From Gordius albopunctatus (Eukaryota): 64,000 nucleotides of DNA. This document shows positions 19,050 to 30,810 of the stretch, piece after piece; position 1 is the stretch's first letter, and the number at the start of each line of letters is the position of its first letter. The notes beneath the pieces were generated by a model. It was not told where the DNA came from, made no database searches, and was given only the letters and a program-made list of their open reading frames with translations. A program made the position numbers and the translations under genes. The stretch spans positions 6,386,001 to 6,450,000 of the forward strand of contig OZ193909.1 of NCBI GenBank assembly GCA_964276515.1, read 5' to 3'.

Positions 19050-22047
19050 TTAAAGCACTTTGCCCCTCTTGTAAGAGAATCATTGGAATAAATAAAAATT
19101 TCCTCTTTTTTTACATGGCCCAACGTCAGCAAGATGTAAATATTGTGGCCAAAAAGCACCACCAGTAAGTGCAATTCCCCCTATAACTATTATAAGTGAT
19201 ATTGGAGAACAAACATCCCCTTTAATAGCAAATGAAGAGGATAATCAAGCAGAAGTTGAAGACAGTCATGCCCTTAATTTTAATGATTACAGCTTGCCAC
19301 CAAATATTTAACCTCCAGACTTTTCATGGAGTAATTCCTTCCTTACTCTCTCCTCTCCTAAGACGTTATCTAGAATTCCTAGAGGGGCAAGACTGGCCGT
19401 CCAACAATTTATTATAAATCTGATAACGTCCATAACTAATGATCCGAAGAACCTTGCTAATTGGGACAAAAACCTTAAATTCTCATACCACATTCTTTTT
19501 ATCAGGCCGCCCGAAGACTTAAACCTATCTAAACGAATAAAATACTCCATTGCTACTTTTGACACCTGTACACTCTTATGCCCTTCCCAGACAAAACCTG
19601 CTTTTGCATCATCTTTGAAACATACTGCTAAGCTAGTATCCAGCAAAATTAATCATTTTAATCCAAAGGAAGCTCTGAGGGTGTTTTATGGCAACGATAC
19701 AATCGCCTCAAGCACACAGGAAACTTACAACCAGCTTATACTAAAGCATCCTCCTTCGTCATCCTTAGATAAATATCCCTACTCTAAATCCAACATATCC
19801 TTAGATTCGTCCGAGTTCCCTGAAGCCATTAACTCATTTCCCCTATATTCTGCAACCGGCCTAGACAGAATCCGCCCTGTATATCTCCAAGATTTACTTA
19901 AAATTAATAACCTAAACTCAACATGCCTCCTAAAGGCCATAACATCGTTATGCAATCTCATTGTCAATGGGGACGTGCCTCATGAAATAATACCTATTTT
20001 GTTTGGCGCCAAATTGATAGCGATTAAAAAGCCAGACAATTCACTAAGACCTATCGCTATTGGGGGAGTTTTTAGGAGGATTATTTCTAAAATAATATGT
20101 AATAAAATCAAACCGATCCTTTCCACTAACCTAAGTCCACATCAATTAGGTTTTGGAATAAAGGGTAGCTGCGAAGCTGCTAGTCATGCCGCTAGGCTAG
20201 CCCTCGAAGGCATACCATCGGATCATTGCATGGTCAAACTAGACTTTGCCAACGCTTTTAATAACATTCGTAGAGATGTCCTTATCGAAAATTTTCTCGA
20301 GAAATTTCCGGAGTTCCATAACTACATCTTATTAAGTTATGGCTCAACATCCTTTTTAAGATTTGGGGATTTTAAAATAAATTCATCTGAAGGTATCCAA
20401 CAAGGTGACCCATTGGGTCCGCCATTATTTTGCTTAGGCATCCAATGTTTAGTGGAAAAAATATCGCACGAATGCGACCTAACACTAAATATTTGGTACT
20501 TGGACGATGCCACCCTTTGTGGTCATCCTCGCGAAGTTTTTAAAGCCATCAAAATTATAAAGGATTTCGAACCAATTTTAAAACTAAACGAGACCAAATG
20601 TGAGATCTTTCAACCCCCTGATTACTCATTATATCCACACATTACCCCTTTTTTAGCAATCGAGAAAGACGCTATGTGCCATCTTGGATCGCCTATAGGT
20701 GGTAGAGGTGGACTCGCAACTTATTTGGAGAAAAATCTCTCTATTTTAAACTCAAAATTAGATCTCTTAAAGTGTTTGCCTTCACACCACGCTTTTTACA
20801 TAATGAAAAACTATTTTAATATTTCAAAAATTCAACACTGTTTTCGCTCTTCAAGTGCTTTTTTACACTCGGAAATTTTAAACCTCTTCGAACAGAATAT
20901 TAAATCTATTTTACAATCTATTTTAAATATAAAGTTCAATACTCATAGCTGGTTACAAGCTTCCCTACCAACCAAATCGAGTGGTTTAGGGATTCGCTCA
21001 CCTGCCGCAATATCTATAGTCTCGTTTATTTCATCTTACAAATCGGTACAAGATACAATTTTTAAGTTGTATCCTGTTAAAGAAGACCCGCTTTTACCCA
21101 TTGCTTTAGCTATTTGGAAAAACAATACCAATCCCGGAACACCTTTGACACAAACCTCACGACAAAAAGATTGGGATGCCGGACTTGTGTTGCGCTCCGT
21201 TGATTATCTAATTTCGAGTAGCGATGCAAGTCAGTGTTCTAATTTAAGGTCGTTTTTGTTTGATGGCTCAGGTCACGAATGGCTAGAGGTCTACCCAAGC
21301 TGTCTCACCGGGATGATGCTGGAGGACTCGGAACTTTCGTACTCCATAGCTCTCAGGCTAGGGGTGAAATTTTCGAAGCCATTTATTTGCCGAAATTGCA
21401 GCATACTCGTAGACGAACAAGCCAGGCATCCCTTACACTGCCTGGCAAACAAATTCAAATATGTTAGACACAATAAGGCCAATACCTTAATTCAAAGTGC
21501 ATTAAAGAGAGCAAATATCCCATCCATCTTGGAGCCATCGGACCCCTCCTTGGAGGGACGTATGCGTCCTGATGGATCTCCTTTAGTCCCATGGAGCAAT
21601 GGTCTTCACCTTAAATGGGACTTCACGTGTATTGACCTATTTGCCCCCTCTAACTACAACAATGATTCTTTAGCTGTCGCAGATGGGCGGAAAACTAATA
21701 AATACAAAGCCCTATTATCCTCAAAAATTTTTATTCCATTGGTTGCTTCTTGTTCAGGCACCTTTGGCAAACAGGCCTTAGCCTTTTTTAAAGATGTAGG
21801 AAGACGTTCTTCACCGTCTGAACATTTGGTATCCTTTTTACTTAAACAACGACTTGGTATTCTTATAGCCAAGTACAATTTTAAATCGTTCGCGGATTCT
21901 TGGCCAATTTTGGAAGATCCCCTCGATGATGATATATTAGAATAGTGTATTATTTTATTTGACGCATTTTGTCTTTTATATTTTACGTATTTATATTATA
22001 TTACTGTCAACGGATTTTTAACAAATAAACTTTTTAATAAAAAAAAA
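19050..22047 (+). mobile_element. CRE-clade non-LTR retrotransposon (RT plus restriction-like endonuclease)
   Basis: Open frame 19312-21945: RIPRGAR, RPIAIG, LDFANAFN, QQGDPLGP, WYLDD (RT); CRNC-HPLHC zinc finger; RHN, RPDG, WDFTC, K..KY (PD-(D/E)xK RLE). The N-terminal CPSC...HGP...C motif at ~19060-19150 is broken by a frameshift, and there is a TAA at 19309. T-rich 3' UTR, AATAAA and A-tail to ~22047. 5' end and TSD not found. Confidence 0.9.
19615..21945 (+). CDS. Reverse transcriptase plus CCHC zinc finger plus RLE endonuclease of the CRE-like element (frame open from 19312)
   Basis: 776-aa ORF in the track with intact YLDD and RLE motifs. Confidence 0.88.
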   Translation: MKHTAKLVSSKINHFNPKEALRVFYGNDTIASSTQETYNQLILKHPPSSSLDKYPYSKSNISLDSSEFPEAINSFPLYSATGLDRIRPVYLQDLLKINNLNSTCLLKAITSLCNLIVNGDVPHEIIPILFGAKLIAIKKPDNSLRPIAIGGVFRRIISKIICNKIKPILSTNLSPHQLGFGIKGSCEAASHAARLALEGIPSDHCMVKLDFANAFNNIRRDVLIENFLEKFPEFHNYILLSYGSTSFLRFGDFKINSSEGIQQGDPLGPPLFCLGIQCLVEKISHECDLTLNIWYLDDATLCGHPREVFKAIKIIKDFEPILKLNETKCEIFQPPDYSLYPHITPFLAIEKDAMCHLGSPIGGRGGLATYLEKNLSILNSKLDLLKCLPSHHAFYIMKNYFNISKIQHCFRSSSAFLHSEILNLFEQNIKSILQSILNIKFNTHSWLQASLPTKSSGLGIRSPAAISIVSFISSYKSVQDTIFKLYPVKEDPLLPIALAIWKNNTNPGTPLTQTSRQKDWDAGLVLRSVDYLISSSDASQCSNLRSFLFDGSGHEWLEVYPSCLTGMMLEDSELSYSIALRLGVKFSKPFICRNCSILVDEQARHPLHCLANKFKYVRHNKANTLIQSALKRANIPSILEPSDPSLEGRMRPDGSPLVPWSNGLHLKWDFTCIDLFAPSNYNNDSLAVADGRKTNKYKALLSSKIFIPLVASCSGTFGKQALAFFKDVGRRSSPSEHLVSFLLKQRLGILIAKYNFKSFADSWPILEDPLDDDILE

Positions 22048-22413
22048 TTAAGGATAATTTTGGTTACGGCTGTTGCTCGGTGCGTCACAAGGCTGGGACA
22101 AAAAGTCCGCTAGCCATGACGTACCCTTTTTATCGCTGATTTACACATAAATCAGTCATCCGAGGGCAAAGGTCAGGAACTGGCACTAGATGTCAGACGA
22201 TAGATTATATTAATTGGCTAAATTTTAGGAAATGTTTGAAAATTATATTGTTTGTTATACCTCTGGGTTGTTTGGGATTTGTTTAAAAAGATAAGGTAAA
22301 TTGCTGCCTCCACCTATAGCTAAATCCGCCTCGACCTGTAAATGGCATTCAACAACACTGAACCCCTATACCTTTATCGGAAAGTTAGGACATTAGGTCT
22401 TTGACTTCTCGTT

Positions 22414-22927
22414 AAAGGGGGAGGTGTGGTGTTCCCCCCGCTTACTTATTTTTACTCATCTATTTTTATGGTCTCTTTTACTAAAAACGTTTACTCTGGA
22501 AATGTGCCACGTAATCGTGTTGTTATAAAATCGCTACGTGCACATAAAAGACTAGCTTATTTGTTTTTTTTATTCCCCCCCCCACACACCTACACTTATA
22601 GTTATAGTTAGTGATACGCGTAAATTGTAATGTATCATTCTATGATAAAAATAGATCGTTTATTATTACCATTTTTATCTTTACGTTATTATGGCATCAC
22701 CGTGATTGAGCGATAATTAATATCATATACCTCGCGATCACTCGTTGATTATTAATTAATTATTTTCTTTTTGGTGGAAAATAAAAAAGGGAAAATGTAA
22801 CATTTATAGAAACAAGAAATTTTATCGCGCGCTCGTGTATACATTTTATAGCGTATATTTCCGTCGCTTAAACTTAAATAAATAAATCCTACTATTAATA
22901 TACATGGAGGATATATTACCACTCACA
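22414..22927 (+). mobile_element. Polypurine tract plus 3'-LTR-like sequence
   Basis: AAAGGGGGAGG directly before TGTGGTGT (22425); ends ...ACCACTCACA. Shares tatgata.aaatagatcgttt..tattaccattt with the LTR at 23473. Confidence 0.6.
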
Positions 22928-23472
22928 AGCATTATTTTTTCCTCCTTTCTAAAAATATCCTTACCCATTACGTACTCCCTTATGGAAAATTTTTTAAGTT
23001 ACTACTAAAATTGCTCTCCCTCCCATCAATCATGATTTAAATTTTACTTGTCTCTCCAAACATTGATATTGAACACAGTCTTGCCCCTTGATATAAATAT
23101 TGTGGAAGTAGCTCTCAGAATAATAGCGTCTCGTTATCGCCTCCCCGTTTTGATATTTGTCTATGAAGTAAATTGTTCTTCAAATTTGAGCTGGCTTGAG
23201 ATCGAGCTGGTCTACCAACTCCCACCAGAAACATTAACTTTATTCTTTTGTTCTGGCTCGGGCTCTGCATGGCTCTACCTGTTCCGCATATATTTCTAAA
23301 CTTTTGCTCACGCTCTTAGTTTAATGCTACATCCTCTGGCTCTATGATCGATAGTACTATTGAGACAGTTTTCCACATTCCGATCACCTACCTACCATAA
23401 CGGTCTTATTGATCATAATAACTATCTGGCAAAAAGACATCTTGTATATAATCTTGATATTTGCTTATACTT

Positions 23473-23777
23473 TGTGGTGTCCTTTCACCCGAGAATTTAT
23501 ATATTCATGCACCCCCCCCCACTATATCCTGTTTATGGTGATTCATATTTGTTAATATCTATATGATATAAATAGATCGTTTTTATTACCATTTATCCTA
23601 TCGATTATTTTATCGCATCGCATATTAAAAGATCATTATGAGTTAGCAATTATTATTATATTGTATAATATATATATATTAATTTCGCTCGCGCGCGTAT
23701 ATTTCGCAGTCGCACATAAATAAATAAATAAATGAGTTTATAAATTTTAGAATAGCGACAGGGAGGAGTACACCACA
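23473..23777. mobile_element. Solo LTR
   Basis: TGTGGTGT...ACACCACA perfect 8-bp terminal inverted repeat, flanked by a 5-bp TSD TACTT on both sides; internal AATAAA. Confidence 0.88.
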
Positions 23778-26700
23778 TACTTAATTACTTTCCTCTCTCT
23801 TCTTCTCCCTCCTTGTTTCCCCTTTTTATGCTAACGGGAGTGGACATTGACACCTAAATCAACAAGCCTCGGCAACAATTGGGAAAAAACGTTTTAGCAA
23901 ACTGAAATCCACAAACTACTTGTAAAACTCCTTGTCGTGATGAAGAGAAAGGACTTATCTTCCCATACTTACATAACCAGGGGCCTGAGTCCTAGTCCAA
24001 CGCCCAAACTAGTAATCCATGGATAGCCTCTAGTTCCCGCATCAGAGTCTCAAGGGAAAATCGTATCCTTATTATTCATACGCTTTGAGTAGTCGCATGT
24101 ATGCATATGCTTTTGCTTTTCCTTTGATGCTTTCTGCTACTAACACAATAATAAATTACGCTCTACTTAATAACAAACTAACCTACTAACAACTGGACAG
24201 GTAGAGGTAACCTACCAATGGTGTCAAATGGGACTCAATCTTAGCTTGCCGATTTAGCTAATCTCTTGTTTGTCATCGGACTCTATCTTAGCTTGCCGAT
24301 TTAGCTAAGCTCTTGAATGTCATCGGGACAAATACATATTTACAATGCATAATAAAAATATTTGTTACAGCAACACTACACACGGTAGCAATAACGTGAC
24401 CTTATGCGCCATTTGGCGTGAGAAGGGTCTCTACCTTAGATTGTACTTACTAAGCTCTTGGGCGTCTTCGGGGCAAATATAGATACATTTTAGATAAAAA
24501 TATTATGGGGCGAGTGCTCTTGTTTTTATAGAACCGCCACATATGCCATATTTTCAAAAGGCATGAGAGGAAGGGGGTACTTTGTACTATCTACTTTATA
24601 TTAACATAAAATAGCAATACTTTGGGTAAATAAATCTCTATTTAATTCTATACTTATATTTTGCCTAACCTGGCTATGGCATAAATACCTCGCTACGAGT
24701 TGTATTGTAGGGATTATTATAACTAGCTAATAGTTAGCTTAAAATATGTTTTCGTAAATTAATAACACTTACAATTAATTTATCGGAAATGAAACAAGGA
24801 TTAAAATATAAAGGACTTTAAAAATTAATTACCAAATCGTCATATCCGCGCAATTTGCTGAGAATTATTGCATAAGAACGCTAGTCCCAACACTAATCTG
24901 AAGTGTAATGTCCGGTACCTTCTATTTTAAACATCCTAGTAAATATCAATCTGCTGAGAAAAAATTACATAAGAACCCTAGTCTTAATAGGTATGTGAAG
25001 TTTAATGTCTGGTACGCTATATTGTTAACATTTTAGTAAATGTTAATACTTAACCAAATGCCACAAACAATTAAATTGTAGCATGAATTGACAGGCAACT
25101 TTCTATAAATGAGAGGTGTATAAACTCTGTAATTATGTAGGATATTAAATACCTTTTTTATGATTAACCCCTTCATTAATAGTCAAGACGATATGATTGA
25201 TATCTATTAGATAGCTGTGCTATACTGGAGTATACACGTCTTTTCCTTTACATTTAATTTTACTTAAGTGTTTTTGATTCCCCACCCCACGCGCTTATAC
25301 GTGTTTGTTATTTCTATGAACACGCATCATTGATTTTGATATACGCGTCTATAACTTTTTACTGATTGTTCATTCTTGTAAATTTCTTGTAATTTTCTCG
25401 GCCATAAATAAATAACCACGATGTAGAGAGAACAATAAAAGGATATTTCCGCGTACGCGGTGAAGTATTGTAACCTTTTGTCCCCTGACCGGCCGTATCG
25501 CATTATATTCCCCTATCCTCCTCAATTGTCCCAATATATTCCTGATTCCCGTTCCACAATTCTTAAATCGTATCCTTTAGGACGTTAGATTTTCAGCCTA
25601 AGGATATGAAAATAGCTTAGATTATTATACTTGCCTGCACGCACAACAGCACACATCGTGTTGATACTGATGACAATAACAACTAGCTAACACATCCTAA
25701 GCATATATCTAATGGTTCATCAGGGTCTCTATGGAAAAATAATACACTAGTGGTGGGTTTATAACACACCCACACTGATTTTCTTAACAAGAAAAGGAGA
25801 CTAACAGTGTGGGTGTGGCTCTTTTTATTAAGACTACAATACCACCTCAACAGACCGTAGGGGGCGCCCTCTAGCGCGCCCTTCACAACACTACTTCAGC
25901 TTCACATTTTTCCCTCTGATGATGGGCTCTAATAGCCCAAAATATCGCATTATCAATCCAAACCCACCGATTTTATACAAAGTAATACACATATGAAGCG
26001 GTTATTATGGGCGGTCCCATGGATATTTGTGGCAAACGAGCTCGATCTTCATACCAAATTTAAAGACTTTATAGACCCTAGGCAAATCATAGGTAAATAG
26101 TTTTAAAAAAAGTTATAAGAGTAGCTTATATAAATGAGACCTATAGTCTGTCTAATTTTCATCTATTGATTTGCTTACTTTGTATATTTTAGGGTAGTAA
26201 CAACAAAAAAAATGGTAACAAAATATTTTTTGTAGAACTATCTTTAATAATTTAATACTATCCCCAATTCAATCTTTTCACTAATTTGGGATTGAAAAAG
26301 TGTTCAGAAATTAGTCGTCAATACTTCTCAACTGGCTATTTTTTGTATTTATATAATTTCCCGATCATATGAAGGCAAGTGCGCCCACAGAAATTTTGTA
26401 CTGGATAAAATATCTAGCTGGTTAGAAAATTTTAACAAGCCCAAATATGTTAAGGATGTATAGGTAGAACAATAATGGCGCTTGCTATATTTGCTTAAAA
26501 ATTATCAGCTGTTCGGCAGTCTATGGTTTTATTAGTCTATGTTTATATAGTGTATAAAACATTTGTAATCGATGCTAAAAATTTTCGCATTGCTACGTGC
26601 TCATTACCCTTATGTGTCTAGCGCTTCCGAATGACTATGCGCTGTAGCCTTATGTGACTAAGCGCTATAGCGAGCTAGAGCTTATTGCGCATACACACAA

Positions 26701-27134
26701 GGCTATGCTATGTAGCGGGGAGTCGCTAGTGCTAAGTTTTTCCCATCACTAGTTTGACATGAGGCCTGGTTTAGTAGTTTAACAGTGCTGCTTAGTAGCG
26801 CGGGTAGCTGTGGTTTAAAGCCATTATATTTATAGTTGAAATTAACGTATTTTTATAAAAGAGGTTAGTACATAACCAACACTTTTATTTTTTATCTACG
26901 AATTAATTTTGTTAATATCTAACCTTTTTTCATGCTATTCTTAATCGCCAACTTTATTTAAAATAAATCAAAGGTAAACCAGCAGTTTCTATAAGAAAAT
27001 TTAAATTTATCTAGTTGGAGAGATTGCCTGTGGAGGAATTCACTAGCAAAGTCTTCTTTGTCTATTTTTACCACCTGTTTTGTCTGTAAAAATGTTCAAC
27101 CTTCAACTCTTGTAAATCATGAAAATATAGTTAA

Positions 27135-28050
27135 CTAGCTGTGCCCGGCCAAGCGTTGCTTTGGCTCAGTCCTTAAGTGGTTAAATAAGTATAACCTATT
27201 AATAAAAATTATCTAAAATGGGGTCATATATGAAATAATAATTCAAATAAATAAAATATCCATAATATTCATTTAGAGCACGAATTTTATCACGTCATGG
27301 ATTTTATGAACCCACTATTTTTAGTATATATATAATAAGACAAATCAAATGCGAGTTCTGTTTTAGTCATCAAATTCGACTAAAATTAAATGTTTTTGAA
27401 AAAATTGCTGATCAATGCTGTTACTTATTATACAATAATACCATTATTTTATTTTTCTAGTTAGCTGATTTATTTGAAATACAATTTTCTTTGATATAAT
27501 AAAATAAGTAATTGAAGGATGGATGATTATTAAAAATATGCTTCTATGATCGACCACGTGATAATAATTTAAATATTATTTATTTAATTTAAATAGTTTG
27601 TTAAACACCAATAATTTTGACCGTAGACTGTAACATTTTTATTATACTTTTAAATATCTAATGTGAGAAAACTTCAGCCTTGTATGTATGACGTCATTAT
27701 TGTATATGATGCTATAAATGAAACTGGCCAGGAAATGTCCGATTATTTTAAAACGAAAAGGTATTTTAGGAATCTGAAAAAGCTATTTTACCCCTGGCCG
27801 CCCTGCGCATCTACGGCTAAATTTTCGCGCGAATCGGGCCGGTAGTTTTAGAATTAAGCTATTTTTTAAAACTAAAAGGCCCATATTTTTACAACTAAAA
27901 GGAATTTCAGGATTCTGAAAAAGCTATTTTACCCCTGGCCGCCCTGGGCATCTACGGTTAAATTTTCGCTCGAATCGGGTAGTTAGTTTCAGAATTTAGC
28001 CCTTACATACTATATACACATATATTAATTGCTATACATAGACTTTACTT
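27135..28050 (-). mobile_element. Non-autonomous Helitron (minus strand) with two copies of the 140-bp satellite monomer; 5' end interrupted by a HINE
   Basis: 3' end A|CTAG at 27135 with hairpin CCAAGCGTTGCTTTGG. 27688-28010 is the reverse complement of the satellite unit and its right flank (compare 41346-41507). catagactttacttt matches the 5' end of the 34142 element. Confidence 0.8.
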
Positions 28051-28051
28051 T

Positions 28052-29456
28052 TAATTGCTATGCAATTTATGGGCCTTTTTTGTTGTCCGTCGTCCACCAA
28101 GCTATTTACACCAGCTTCCCGACTTGCAGGTTAGGGATCGAGACCCGGAGAGGACAAAATTTTTTTATTTTTTTTTAATTAAATTAATATTTTGTTCTTG
28201 TTAATGCCATTGATAATATGACTTTTTGACCGTCCGCAGGCTACTGACCAATGAAAAAATGACCATTGGCCAAATAAATCCAAATTTTTCGTTTTTGAAT
28301 TGGGTAACATTGATAATTACCCTATGCCCTCCCCTACAAGGGCCTATGCCTCTATTGATATGGTTCCCTGTTCCCCTCCAAAGGCTAATGCCTCTATTTA
28401 ATGTGGGTTTAAATCCCGGCGAACGTTCTAAATTGCTGGTTCGAGACCCGGAGAGGACAAAAAATTTTTATTTTTTTTTAAATTAAATAATATATTGTTC
28501 TTGTTAATACCATTGATTATATGACTTTTTGACCGTCCGCAGGCTACTGACCATTGAAAAAAATGACCATTGGCGAATTTTGTTCGAATTTTTTTTTTCG
28601 TTTTAGAATTGGTATATTAGGTTAACATTGCTAATTACGCTATGCCTCTACTGATATGGGTCCCTGTACCCCTACAAAAGCTTATACCTCTATTAATGTG
28701 GGTTCGAATCACGGAGAGGACAAAAATTATATTTTTTTTAAATTAAATTAATATATTGTTCTCGTTTATAACATTAATAATATGACTTTTTAACCGTCCG
28801 CAGGCTACTGACCAATTGAAAAAATGACCCTTGGCCAAATAAATCGAAATTTTTTTTTCGTTTTTTTACTCTTATGAATTTATATCCACTTTTACCGTGT
28901 CCCGGCTGCTGACCAATACAAAAAATGACATTTGGCTAAAATGTGGTTGAAAAAGTTTTAATTTAGCACCTGTAAATTTTTTGAGATATCCTTACAATAC
29001 CTGTGTCATTTTTAGGTGTACGGTCTAAAACATAATTTGAAGTCTAATGCCTCAGTTGATTGAATGTGTGACTAGCTTTATTAGCTCGTAGGTTCGAATC
29101 CCGCACGTCCCTGTGCCCCTACAAAAGCCTATTCCACTACTGATGTGGGTTCGAATCCCGGCGAGGGCAAATGTTTTTATTTTTTAAATTAAATTAATAT
29201 ATGGTTCTTGTTAATACCATTTAACTTTTTAAATATTTGTATAAATTAATAATTTACTAAATAATTTTGCTTTTAATACCCCCCTATAGGCACTCTCGCC
29301 CCTTCCCACCTTTCTCGCCCATAAATTGCATAGCAAATATGCTACGTTTATACGGAGTATAGATGAGTTTCGTTCCCCCTTCCCTCCTGCACCTCCCTCC
29401 CCACTTACCTTACCTTCCCCCCTCCCCCTTCCCACGAGGGCCGAAGGCCCGAGTTT
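28052..29456 (+). mobile_element. Helentron-associated non-autonomous element (HINE/DINE-1-like)
   Basis: 20-bp perfect subterminal IR TTGCTATGCAATTTATGGGC (28055-28074) / GCCCATAAATTGCATAGCAA (29317-29336); 3' hairpin GGGCC-GAA-GGCCC (29438-29450); T-runs at both ends; GTCC motif near the 5' end; central diverged tandem repeats. Confidence 0.85.
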
Positions 29457-30810
29457 ATTATATTAATTTTCAAATCTAGATTTAATTTTATACAAAAACA
29501 ATTTTATATGACAATAAAAAATAGTAAAAAATTTAGAATAATTTAAAGGAGTGAAATTATTATAATATCAAATTTAGAAGATAAATAATTGTAATTTTTC
29601 TATGAATAAAAGTAAAACTAAGCTTTTTGATTGAATTACTTCTCATAAAATTTACCATAAGCTCACCTTTAAAAAATCCATATTTTTAATTGTGGATAAA
29701 AATTTTATATTTCAAAAAACTTAGTTCTTTTAAAAAACTTAGCATTTTGATTATAATACTTATCATCTTAGCGCTTTATAACTAAAATAGATCAATATTT
29801 TTGATTTTTTTAAATAAGCCTTACTTAATATATCACTTAGTTTACCGTCATTTAACCTATCAGCATTAATGTAATTTAATTAAAGCTTTTATTGCTTTTA
29901 AAACAACCAATAAAACCCAAAAAATTAACTAGGTCAGAAGCAAATAGTACCTACGCTCTTTTGATTTATAGTAGGTGAGACAACCTATAAAAAAACGTTT
30001 AATACAATAGCGACTGCGGAGGAATAATGCTTCATCTATAAATTTTTTCTTAAAAAATCATCTCAAAATTTATTCTATATATTAAGTTCTATGCCATTTT
30101 TAAAACTTTAATTTTTAATCTAAGTTTACATTATGGTATGTGTAATATTTCTTGTTAATTTGTTAGAAATTTAGAAATTAAAATACATGGTCATTATATA
30201 AACAAAAAACAAAATACATATCCTTAACTTAATCGCTTGGGACTATATAGATATACCCCTTCTCTTACAATTCAAAAATTTAGGCCGCATAGAAGACACT
30301 CGGGTCAAATAAACCAAGATCGTTAAAGGGAAGTAAGGTGTTCAATTTTAATTTTATAAGTTTAAAACAAAACGCAGCCATTTTGATTATTTTGGTAAGA
30401 ACTTAGTTGAGTTAATTATTAAATTAGGCTTTTCAAAAAGCCGCGCCGAAGTTCACAAGTATGAGAGTTGAGACAGAAAAATATCTTTTTAAAGCCTTAG
30501 CCCAGTCACTCTTAGTTGCCTTTAAGGATAAAATTACGTTATAGCTCATTAAAAGTGAATAGTTGAGTAAATGATTTGCCATCAATTTGTCCCTTCGGTG
30601 TCAAAGTTTTAATTGCTATGCAATTTATGGTCTGTACATATTTACGCAGAAATTGTGGATTATTTAATATACACATTCGCAAAGAGTATTAAAATTCACA
30701 TGACACAATTTTCATAATATCGGCATCAAATTCATCGCTAATTTTGGAGCCCACAACAATTTATACTGAGACTTTAATGATCGACTTTTGGTAAAATGTG
30801 GTTTATAATG

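Noticed and set aside
23048..23460. Short ORFs between the LTRs
   Set aside because: No motif recognised on either strand; probably decayed TE sequence that I cannot classify.
25910..25955. Second hammerhead-like motif (CTGATGA-TGGGCT...AGCCC-AAAA)
   Set aside because: Stem II is present but GAAA is altered and I find no stem I partner. A similarly incomplete motif on the minus strand at ~13545-13575 was also set aside.
26762..26825. tRNA-like sequence
   Set aside because: A- and B-boxes are degenerate and no acceptor stem can be formed; at most a SINE head remnant.
26959..27084. Possible minus-strand exon (TKQVVKIDKEDFASEF...)
   Set aside because: It has an acceptor-like site but no recognisable homology, and neither Mon1 nor Shark needs it.
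30607..30632. Third HINE start (TTTTAATTGCTATGCAATTTATGG)
   Set aside because: Only one subterminal IR is present and I found no partner IR or hairpin before the Mon1 last exon, so no element is called.
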